Source of the DNA: an uncultured Alphaproteobacteria bacterium
Lineage (GTDB): Bacteria > Pseudomonadota > Alphaproteobacteria > HIMB59 > GCA-002718135
NCBI GenBank assembly: GCA_902541435.1
Contig: CACBQR010000001.1
Coordinates: forward strand, 1 to 56,239
Length of the DNA stretch: 56,239 nt
Reading direction: 5' to 3'
Part shown: positions 49,315 through 56,239 of the stretch, piece by piece
Layout of the letters: every line of letters starts with the position of its first letter
How positions within the stretch are numbered: the first letter of the stretch is position 1
Made by a program: the position numbers and the translations under genes
The notes under the pieces: generated by a model
Databases searched by the model: none
What the model was told of the DNA's origin: nothing
The model's input: the letters and a program-made list of their open reading frames with translations, nothing else

Positions 49315-49701
49315 TTAATCGTCAGGTAATTTTTTAGAGCGTCTATTAAGTATTTCCATGTGACGAACTCTTAATACCACAATTGCGATTGCTAATATTA
49401 ATATTGCTACAGACTCATACACATAAGCCGATGGATCCACATCTTTTCTTTGCATAATTATCATTCTGGCTAGAGCTGTCATTGCAATGAAAAGCGGATA
49501 ACTCATTCTTATCATTTTAGAGACCCAGTATTCTTTAATCATTCCAATTATTTCAATATAAATAAATAGCAAAAGAATGTCTGCAAGAGTGACTTTGTAA
49601 ACTGCAATCATACCTTGTATTTCCATTCCAATCGCTATGATTGTGCAAACTATAAGTACAGATAGTACTATTTTCTCTAATAGCTCAAAATAATTATTCA
49701 T
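49315..49701 (-). CDS. Small 4-TM membrane protein, PsiE-like (phosphate-starvation-inducible E family candidate)
   Basis: 128 aa, four hydrophobic helices. LLFIYIEIIGMIKEY motif resembles PsiE. Starts 0 nt after the upstream gene's stop. Confidence 0.45.
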   Translation of the reverse strand: MNNYFELLEKIVLSVLIVCTIIAIGMEIQGMIAVYKVTLADILLLFIYIEIIGMIKEYWVSKMIRMSYPLFIAMTALARMIIMQRKDVDPSAYVYESVAILILAIAIVVLRVRHMEILNRRSKKLPDD

Positions 49702-50064
49702 TTAAATTCTTTCTATTTTATTTAGTTGATTCTTGTTTTTGTAAAATAGAATTAGGGCAAAAACTTCATATAAAAACCAAGAAACTTGATAAATCACAGG
49801 TTTTCTTATTATTTTAGCCAAAAAACTATATCGTGGTATTTCTGACCACATTTCAATAAATGCATCAACTCCACTGTAAACTTTGTTATTTTTTACAGTG
49901 TGTAAACGTCTTAATAATTCTTTAGCATTTTTGGCGGTATCTTTTTTTGATTTTTTCTCAGTACTTATATCAATCCATTCAAGATTATTTTCTAGTTTTT
50001 TGTAATGATTTATTTCAAACCTACAAATACTGCATGAATTATTAAAATAAACTTTAGTAGTCAT
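49702..50064 (-). CDS. DCC-family thiol-disulfide oxidoreductase (DUF393)
   Basis: 120 aa. N-terminal VYFNNSCSICRFE (CxxC) motif and a length typical of DCC1-like proteins. Confidence 0.65.
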   Translation of the reverse strand: MTTKVYFNNSCSICRFEINHYKKLENNLEWIDISTEKKSKKDTAKNAKELLRRLHTVKNNKVYSGVDAFIEMWSEIPRYSFLAKIIRKPVIYQVSWFLYEVFALILFYKNKNQLNKIERI

Positions 50065-50078
50065 AAAAGAAAAATAAT

Positions 50079-50873
50079 TTAAATAAATTGAAATTCAATA
50101 TCCTCTAATTGTTCAAATTTAGCTTTTATATGGTTTCCAGAGTAAATTTTTGATGGTTTTGTGCATGAGCCAGATGAAATAAATTGCCCTTTAAGCAATG
50201 TCTCACCTTTTTTTGCAAGATTATTGATTAACCATAAAGCAGCATTTAAAGGATTATTCAAAACATTTTTAGTATTTCCTGAGTCCATTATTTTGTTATC
50301 TATATACAAAGTAACTTCAAGATCACTAAGATTGACATCATTAATATTATATATTTTTTCATTACGTAACCAAAATTCAGATGCTCCATTTGTTGATATA
50401 ACATTTCTTGCACCAATTTCAGATAATGGTTTTGCAAATCTAAAATCGTTTATTTCAATTGAGCAAACTAATCCATCTAATAATAAATCTATATCGTCTA
50501 TAGTGTAGGGTGTTTTTGAGATATCTATATCTTCTTTAATCCTAAAACTTATTTCTGGTTCCGCATATGGTTCAAAAAAATTTTTAGCATATAATTTTTT
50601 TGCGTTTACTAAACTGTATCTGCTGTATAAATTTCCATAAAAAGGTTCACTCATATTTAAAACTTCTTGTGCTGTTAGAGATGTAGCGCCAATTTTTTTC
50701 CCAATACAAATGTTATCTTTCAATTCTAAGTATCTAAGTTTTAAATTATCTTGAATTGCATAAGCTTCATCAATTGTTTGAGGTTCTAGATTTTTTAAAG
50801 AACTTAAGCCAGTCTTATTCAATCTATGTTCAAATAAAATTTTTGATGCTTCTTGAATATCTTCTTTATTCAT
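50079..50873 (-). CDS. 2-keto-4-pentenoate hydratase / 2-oxohepta-3-ene-1,7-dioate hydratase family (FAH fold, MhpD-like)
   Basis: 264 aa. N-terminal AAKILFEHR-type helix with EAYAIQD motif and GKKIGATS pattern, typical of the MhpD/HpcG/XylJ family. Confidence 0.65.
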   Translation of the reverse strand: MNKEDIQEASKILFEHRLNKTGLSSLKNLEPQTIDEAYAIQDNLKLRYLELKDNICIGKKIGATSLTAQEVLNMSEPFYGNLYSRYSLVNAKKLYAKNFFEPYAEPEISFRIKEDIDISKTPYTIDDIDLLLDGLVCSIEINDFRFAKPLSEIGARNVISTNGASEFWLRNEKIYNINDVNLSDLEVTLYIDNKIMDSGNTKNVLNNPLNAALWLINNLAKKGETLLKGQFISSGSCTKPSKIYSGNHIKAKFEQLEDIEFQFI

Positions 50874-51583
50874 ACTTTAATTGCGTACTTGTTAATTTCT
50901 TCATATATGTCTAAACATTCTTTATAAATATTTTCATAAGTTTTTGGTACCATATATTCTTTAAAATTTTTGGTATTAAAGGTAGTAGAAGAAATTACAT
51001 CTTGATACCAAACTTTTGACCAAATGCCATCTGTTTCTCTATAGCCTTTTGGCCAATTAAGCATATTTTGATCAAAATCTAAATTTAATTTTTGACACAA
51101 AATTTTTAAATACTTTTCAGGACTTGCTAATAAATAATCAGAGTTTATTACTATAGGCTCTTTTGAATTTAATAATTTAAAAATTTCATAAAGTTTTTTA
51201 AAGCCTACATCTTGAATTGATTTTAAAGTATTTTTTTTTAAATATGAAACAATTACTTTAGCAGGATCACGGATTAAAAAGCAATTTACACCTTTATCAA
51301 TCCAATCTAACCGTGTTTCATCTAAAATATGATGAGTCATATGTTTTTGATAAAATATTTTATAATTATTATCTTCTCTAGTGATTAAATTAATAACCTC
51401 ATCTTCATTTGTATGATAGTGATTTATAATTTCATCTTTCATTGGATGATTTAAGTTAGTTTTTTTTAAATAATATGCATAAAAAGGTTCATCATAAACT
51501 TTTGTGTCTCTTCTATTTTCAAAAGATCGCATCAATGCAGTACTGATATTTCTTGGTCCAGACCAAACAAATAAATTAATCAT
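50870..51583 (-). CDS. Sulfotransferase-like P-loop-fold protein of unknown function
   Basis: 237 aa. N-terminal FVWSGPRNISTALMRSF...YDEPF pattern. I recognise it as the domain fused N-terminally to class IV aminotransferase-like domains in some eukaryotic proteins (from memory). Confidence 0.5.
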   Translation of the reverse strand: MINLFVWSGPRNISTALMRSFENRRDTKVYDEPFYAYYLKKTNLNHPMKDEIINHYHTNEDEVINLITREDNNYKIFYQKHMTHHILDETRLDWIDKGVNCFLIRDPAKVIVSYLKKNTLKSIQDVGFKKLYEIFKLLNSKEPIVINSDYLLASPEKYLKILCQKLNLDFDQNMLNWPKGYRETDGIWSKVWYQDVISSTTFNTKNFKEYMVPKTYENIYKECLDIYEEINKYAIKV

Positions 51584-52474
51584 TTAAAATAAATTATTAT
51601 AAAAATTAGTTAATTCTTTAGTAATAGGATTTTTCTTTAATGAGTATTTTTTTTTATTTATCTGATTTACTGGGACAATTCCTGCAAAAGATCCAGTACA
51701 AAATGCTTCATCTGCATTTAATACTTCTTTTAATTTAAAATTCTTTTCTTTTACTTTTATTTTATTTTTTTTACATAGATCTATAATTTTCTGTCTTGTA
51801 ATTCCTGTAACACAATATTTCCCTGTTGAAGTAAAAACAGTATTGTTTTTTACAAAGAAGAAATGTGTACTATTATTTGTAGCTACATTTCCATTAATAT
51901 CGAACATCAGTGCTTCATCAGCATTCTTTTTATTAGCTTCAATACACGCAAGTATACAATTTAATTTACTAAGTGAATTTATTTGTGGATTTTGAACATT
52001 AATTGGCCCTCTAATAGTTCTTACTGTAACTAATTTTAATCCCTTCTTATATGCTTTAATATCTGGTTTTTTATATTCAGGGATTATTATTATCGTTGGT
52101 TTGGATATTGTAACTTTAGGTGATTGATAGGGTGTTGATTTAATACCCCTAGAAACAATTATTCTTAAATGAACATCTGTTTTCATTTTATTTATTTTAA
52201 TAGTTTTTATTAGTGCTTCTGAAAGTTTTTTACGAGTCAAATGTATTTTTAAGTCAATAAGCTTTGCATCTTTATATAACCTATCTAGATGTTCTTTTAG
52301 AAAAATGAAATTATTATTATGATATCTTAACGAATCCCAGATACCATCCCCAAGCATTGTTGAAGAATCAAAAACTGATATTTTAGCATCTTTTCTTTTA
52401 TAAAATTTTCCGTTGATATAAATTTTAATATTTTTATTTCTTTTATCATCTACGAAATCATGACTTGAAACCAT
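51584..52474 (-). CDS. Class IV (fold type IV) PLP aminotransferase (branched-chain/D-amino-acid aminotransferase family)
   Basis: 296 aa. Family pattern (DRLYKDAKL, RIIVSRG, LSKLNCILA, TGITRQ, EAFCTGS). First gene of the minus-strand cluster. Confidence 0.75.
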   Translation of the reverse strand: MVSSHDFVDDKRNKNIKIYINGKFYKRKDAKISVFDSSTMLGDGIWDSLRYHNNNFIFLKEHLDRLYKDAKLIDLKIHLTRKKLSEALIKTIKINKMKTDVHLRIIVSRGIKSTPYQSPKVTISKPTIIIIPEYKKPDIKAYKKGLKLVTVRTIRGPINVQNPQINSLSKLNCILACIEANKKNADEALMFDINGNVATNNSTHFFFVKNNTVFTSTGKYCVTGITRQKIIDLCKKNKIKVKEKNFKLKEVLNADEAFCTGSFAGIVPVNQINKKKYSLKKNPITKELTNFYNNLF

Positions 52475-52592
52475 AATTATTTTTATCTTAATAGCAAATA
52501 TTGTCTACTTAATAATTTTATTAACTTTTATTGCAAATCAAAGAGTGACATGTGATCAAATTAATATAACCAATTAGAAATTATCTTTTGTA

Positions 52593-53753
52593 ATGTTGAA
52601 TAGAAATTTTATTGTTATTTGTATTTCTTCTACTATAGCGGCTTTTCCACCTATGGCTGTAGTTTTATTAGGTGGAATAATTACATCCCAGATAATGATG
52701 AAAGATTCATTAGCAACAGTACCAATGACATTAATGATTATAGGTATAGCAATAAGCGCACCTATTGCATCAAGGTTTATGAGCATGTTGGGGAGACAGA
52801 AAGGATTTTTATTTTCATCTCTTTTAAGTTTTTTAGCTTTAGTTATTTGTTCAATCGCAATTTATTTGGAAAATTTTTTTATTTTTTCATTAGGTAATTT
52901 TTTAATTGGTAGCTCACAAGCTTTTATACATCAGTATCGATTTGCTGCATCTGAGTCAGTTGCCAAAGAATTTATTCCAAGATCTATCTCAATAATATTG
53001 TTATTGGGTATAATCTCTGCATTACTTTCTTCTAATTTTGCAGAATATTTTAAAGATTTTTTTCCAAGTAATTTATTTCTAGGCAGTTATATTTTCTTAT
53101 CGTTTACAGCAATTATTCCTTTTTTTGTTCTTCTTTTTTATAATGAAACAAAAACTTCTAGAAATCAAAGCAAATTTGAAATTGAAACTATTTTTAAACT
53201 TTTAAAAAATATTAAAATTATACAATCAATTGTAAGCGCTGGTCTTGGTTATTTTACAATGGCTATAATTATGACTGCCACTCCTTTACATATGCATCTT
53301 GTTAATAAATTTACTTTATTTGAAACCAGTATTGTAATTCAACTTCACGTTATTGGAATGTTTTTACCTTCTTTATTTTCTGGAGATTTAATAAAAAGAT
53401 TTGGAAACACAAATATTATATATGCAGGAGTAGGTATTTTATTTCTAAGTATTCTAACTAACACATTATTTGATTTTTATTATTCTTACATGCTAGGTTT
53501 AATATTACTTGGTATTGGCTGGAATTTTTTATTTGTTTCAGGTTCAAGTTTGTTGGTTGTTTCTTATGAGGAAAAGGATAGATTTACAGCACAAGGTTTA
53601 AATGATTTTATTGTTTTTTCTACTCAAGGTATAGGATCATTATCAGCTGGTTTTCTTTTATATTTTTCAAATTGGGCTGTTATAAATCTTTTATGTGTTC
53701 CTCTTTTAATTATTGTTTTAGTAGTTTCTTTTATTTCATCTAGAAATAATTAA
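52593..53753 (+). CDS. MFS transporter
   Basis: 386 aa, about 12 TM segments. Loop motif SMLGRQKG between TM2 and TM3. Divergent from the 45640-52474 cluster. Confidence 0.75.
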   Translation: MLNRNFIVICISSTIAAFPPMAVVLLGGIITSQIMMKDSLATVPMTLMIIGIAISAPIASRFMSMLGRQKGFLFSSLLSFLALVICSIAIYLENFFIFSLGNFLIGSSQAFIHQYRFAASESVAKEFIPRSISIILLLGIISALLSSNFAEYFKDFFPSNLFLGSYIFLSFTAIIPFFVLLFYNETKTSRNQSKFEIETIFKLLKNIKIIQSIVSAGLGYFTMAIIMTATPLHMHLVNKFTLFETSIVIQLHVIGMFLPSLFSGDLIKRFGNTNIIYAGVGILFLSILTNTLFDFYYSYMLGLILLGIGWNFLFVSGSSLLVVSYEEKDRFTAQGLNDFIVFSTQGIGSLSAGFLLYFSNWAVINLLCVPLLIIVLVVSFISSRNN

Positions 53754-53802
53754 AATTGATAATTCACTTTTAAATAATAATTTTTTCACTATAGTTATTT
53801 TT

Positions 53803-54663
53803 ATGAGCAATGTAGGATTTATAGGTGTTGGCTATATGGGCTATGGAATGGCTAAAAATTTATTAAAAAAGCACAACGTATTTATTTTTGCTCATAAAAA
53901 TAGAAAACCCATAAACAAATTAAAAAAAATCGGAGCTAAAGAATTAAAATCATATAATGAAATACAAAATCATAAACTTGATTGTTTAATGATATGTGTA
54001 ACAAATACATCTGTTGCATTGAATGTAGCAAACAAAATTAAACAACAACTTGATAGTAAAACACTTGTAATAGATCTAACAACTCATAACAAAAATGGCG
54101 CTTTAAAAATGTATAAAATTTTTAAATCAAAAAAAATAAGCTATAATTTTTGTGGGGTAATGGGTGGACCAGTTCAAAGTGAGCAGGGTATATTAGGGGG
54201 TATTTATGGTGGTAAAAAAAGTAATTTTTCAAAATGTAAAAAGTATCTTAATTCATTTTGTAAGTCTGTTTTTAATTTTGGTGATGTATCAAAAGCATCT
54301 TCTGCAAAATTATTATCTAACTTTTTATCATTAATGACTACGACCAGTGTAATTGAATTTTTTAAATCTGCAAAAAAACTAGATATTAATATTAAACTCT
54401 TATGTGATGTTGCGAGATTGGGTTCTGGAAATTCAGGGGCTTTAGATAGAATTGCACATAAAGCTATAAAAGGTAATTTTAAAGGGTATGTTTTTTCTGT
54501 AGATAATACCTATAAAGATTTGAATTATATTAATGATCTTGTTTCAGATTTGCCAAATGCTAATAAACTCTCAAAAATAGCAAAATCATTTTACAAACAA
54601 GCTTCAAAAAAAGGATTCGGAAATTTACTTGTTAGTGAATTAATTGATAAGGAAAAATATTAA
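53803..54663 (+). CDS. NAD(P)-dependent oxidoreductase, 3-hydroxyisobutyrate/6-phosphogluconate dehydrogenase-like family
   Basis: 286 aa. N-terminal Rossmann motif VGFIGVGYMGYGMAKNL and a conserved SSAKL(L)SN helix. Confidence 0.75.
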   Translation: MSNVGFIGVGYMGYGMAKNLLKKHNVFIFAHKNRKPINKLKKIGAKELKSYNEIQNHKLDCLMICVTNTSVALNVANKIKQQLDSKTLVIDLTTHNKNGALKMYKIFKSKKISYNFCGVMGGPVQSEQGILGGIYGGKKSNFSKCKKYLNSFCKSVFNFGDVSKASSAKLLSNFLSLMTTTSVIEFFKSAKKLDINIKLLCDVARLGSGNSGALDRIAHKAIKGNFKGYVFSVDNTYKDLNYINDLVSDLPNANKLSKIAKSFYKQASKKGFGNLLVSELIDKEKY

Positions 54664-54666
54664 TCA

Positions 54667-54837
54667 ATGGATAAGTTAGTTCCAATTATTTATATGATTG
54701 GGGTGCTTTTATTGATTTTACCGTCTTTCTTAAGCACAAATAATAATTTAAAAACTTTTTTTACTAACTTATCTATTTGGGTAGCTATTGTATTGGTTGT
54801 TTTATCATTGTACTTTGCCTACAATTATTTTCTTTGA
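54667..54837 (+). CDS. Unlisted small ORF: 56-aa two-TM membrane protein (hypothetical)
   Basis: Hand translation gives MDKLVPIIYMIGVLLLILPSFLSTNNNLKTFFTNLSIWVAIVLVVLSLYFAYNYFL*. ATG lies 3 nt after the preceding stop. Below the size cutoff of the ORF track. No homology evidence. Confidence 0.35.
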   Translation: MDKLVPIIYMIGVLLLILPSFLSTNNNLKTFFTNLSIWVAIVLVVLSLYFAYNYFL

Positions 54838-54905
54838 TTTATTAAATCAAATTTATTTTATTTAGATGTAGACTAATTTAATACAAATATTTATACGAGT
54901 CTTCC

Positions 54906-56015
54906 ATGCCCAATCAATTTGTAGCTAAATCAAGAAGGTTAAGAAGTACAATTTATTCTTCGAGAATTGAAAAACAGGGAGTAAGTTCTTATACAATATA
55001 CAATCATATGTTACTTCCTGCAGGTTTTGAGGGAAGTCTTGAAGAAACATACAATCATTTAAAAAATCATGTTCAAATATGGGATGTAGCCGCCGAAAGA
55101 CAAATAGAAATAAAAGGCAAGGATGCGTATCAATTAGTTCAATTAATGACATGCAGAGATTTAAGTAAGGCAAAAGAAGGTAAATGTTATTATTGTCCAA
55201 TTATTGATGAAAATGGCGGTATGATTAATGATCCGGTTGTACTTAAATTCAATAATGAAAAATGGTGGATTTCAATTGCTGACTCAGACGTTATGTTATT
55301 TGCTAAAGGTCTTGCAATAGGAAAAAAATTAGAAGTTTCTATTTCTGAACCTGATGTAAATATTATGGCAGTACAAGGTCCTAAGTCTTTTAATTTGTTA
55401 GAAAAAGTTTTTGGAAAAGAAATTTTAGATTTAAAATTTTATAATTTTAAATATTTTAATTTTAAAAATTCTAAACATTTGATTGCTAGATCCGGTTGGT
55501 CAAAACAAGGTGGTGTAGAAATTTATGTTGAAGATTCCAAATCTGGACTAGAGTTATATGACTTATTGTTTCAACAAGGTAAAGAGTTTAACGTACAACC
55601 AGGTTGCCCTCATTTAATTGAAAGAATTGAAGGTTCTTTACTCTCTTATGGAAACGATATGGACATAAATGATAATCCCTTTGAATGTGGATTAGAAAAA
55701 TTTGTAAATCTAGAAAATGATATTGAATTTCTTGGAAAAGAAAAATTAATTAAAATTAAAGAAAATGGAATTAATAAAAAATTAATGGGTGTTAAAATTA
55801 ATTTGGATAATATTAATTTAAGATCAGCAATTAACTTAACAATTGGTGATAAAATAATTGGCGAAATTAGATCTGCAGTTTTTTCACCTACATTTAACAT
55901 GGTGATTGGAATTGCAATGATAAATAAACCATACTTTTTAACTAAAGATCAATTTGATATAATTATTGAGAATAGAAAATACAAAGGAGAAATTTGCGAT
56001 ATTCCATTCGTATAA
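54906..56015 (+). CDS. dmdA: GcvT-family aminomethyltransferase, DmdA-like (dimethylsulfoniopropionate demethylase candidate)
   Basis: 369 aa. Distinct from the gcvT at 34613. The N-terminal [30 protein letters not shown] and [16 protein letters not shown] pattern matches my recollection of SAR11 DmdA rather than GcvT. Confidence 0.6.
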   Translation: MPNQFVAKSRRLRSTIYSSRIEKQGVSSYTIYNHMLLPAGFEGSLEETYNHLKNHVQIWDVAAERQIEIKGKDAYQLVQLMTCRDLSKAKEGKCYYCPIIDENGGMINDPVVLKFNNEKWWISIADSDVMLFAKGLAIGKKLEVSISEPDVNIMAVQGPKSFNLLEKVFGKEILDLKFYNFKYFNFKNSKHLIARSGWSKQGGVEIYVEDSKSGLELYDLLFQQGKEFNVQPGCPHLIERIEGSLLSYGNDMDINDNPFECGLEKFVNLENDIEFLGKEKLIKIKENGINKKLMGVKINLDNINLRSAINLTIGDKIIGEIRSAVFSPTFNMVIGIAMINKPYFLTKDQFDIIIENRKYKGEICDIPFV

Positions 56016-56018
56016 ATT

Positions 56019-56239
56019 ATGAATAATAATGTAAAAGCTATTATTTTAGCTTTAGTTGCTTCTGTTTCAGGAGTAACAATGAATGTTCTTATTAAATTTT
56101 CACTTCAAGATATAAATGTATTTACTGCTGGATTTTTGAGATTTCTTTTTGGGTTTATTTTAATTCTGCCTTTTATTTTTTATACTAAATTTCAAAACTT
56201 TAAGACACCTAATTTAAAAATTCATTTAACAAGAGGTAT
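56019..56239 (+). CDS. EamA/DMT-family transporter, N-terminal fragment (runs off the window end)
   Basis: ATG 56019 lies 3 nt after the dmdA-like stop. Hand translation gives MNNNVKAIILALVASVSGVTMNVLIKFSLQDINVFTAGFLRFLFGFILILPF..., typical of an EamA domain start. The frame is open to the end of the window. Confidence 0.55.
   Translation, partial: MNNNVKAIILALVASVSGVTMNVLIKFSLQDINVFTAGFLRFLFGFILILPFIFYTKFQNFKTPNLKIHLTRG

Noticed and set aside
807-55900. Other short ORFs in the track nested in, or antisense to, long genes: 807-1067(-), 5439-5630(+), 8027-8209(-), 8746-9036(-), 10818-11126(-), 12974-13189(-), 14913-15134(-), 15308-15511(+), 15774-16088(-), 17980-18306(-), 24713-25027(-), 30678-30887(-), 44952-45200(-), 50161-50508(+), 52574-52786(-), 52619-52897(+), 54925-55200(-), 55646-55900(-)
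   Set aside because: Each lies wholly within a longer ORF that has clear family motifs. Their translations are low-complexity with no recognisable motifs. They are the expected chance open frames.
1-56239. Window-wide search for CRISPR arrays, IS elements/transposases, prophage genes, toxin-antitoxin pairs, restriction-modification systems and known anti-phage defence hallmarks
   Set aside because: I saw no spaced direct-repeat arrays, no terminal inverted repeats flanking a transposase-like ORF, and no ORF with nuclease/helicase/STAND/TIR/Sir2-type motifs. All ORFs over 60 aa are accounted for by metabolic, transport or housekeeping families or by small hypotheticals.

Overview
The window is strongly AT-rich (by eye about 30% G+C, not computed) and extremely gene-dense. 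It holds about 70 genes in 56 kb, many separated by 0-15 nt or joined by ATGA/TAATG overlaps. Gene content and order fit a streamlined marine alphaproteobacterium of the SAR11/Pelagibacterales type; this assignment is an inference and no database was consulted.

Most of the window is core housekeeping:
- Translation and amino-acid genes: valS, argS, serS, ilvD.
- Chromosome and envelope genes: scpAB, tatABC, tolC, rseP.
- Repair and Fe-S genes: xthA, erpA, dgt.
- gcvTHP behind a tandem glycine riboswitch.
- An aapJQMP-type amino-acid ABC transporter.
- An iolC/iolB/aldolase fragment.
- A cysE/cysK-like/cystathionine-lyase operon.
- Two tRNAs (Asn-GUU and Cys-GCA).
- A DmdA-like GcvT-family gene.

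I found no CRISPR array, IS element, integrase, rRNA or recognisable phage-defence gene.

The stretches worth a second look are:
1. A nine-gene, near-gapless minus-strand cluster (45640-52474) of functionally mismatched enzymes. It includes a photolyase-like FAD-domain protein with an apparently inverted domain order, and a sulfotransferase-like/class IV aminotransferase gene pair.
2. A terminator-containing structured leader or small RNA upstream of a CDA-fold deaminase (about 33654-33847).
3. An SOS cassette (umuDC) with an alphaproteobacterial GAAC-N7-GAAC LexA box, lying 6 nt from a tRNA 3' end.
4. A 31-nt near-identical repeat immediately upstream of two unrelated genes (umuD and rseP).
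5. A minimal PopZ/DUF2497-like protein.
6. A secreted two-EF-hand protein translationally coupled to a DjlA-like J-protein.

All functional calls come from motif and family recognition by eye and need homology searches to confirm.
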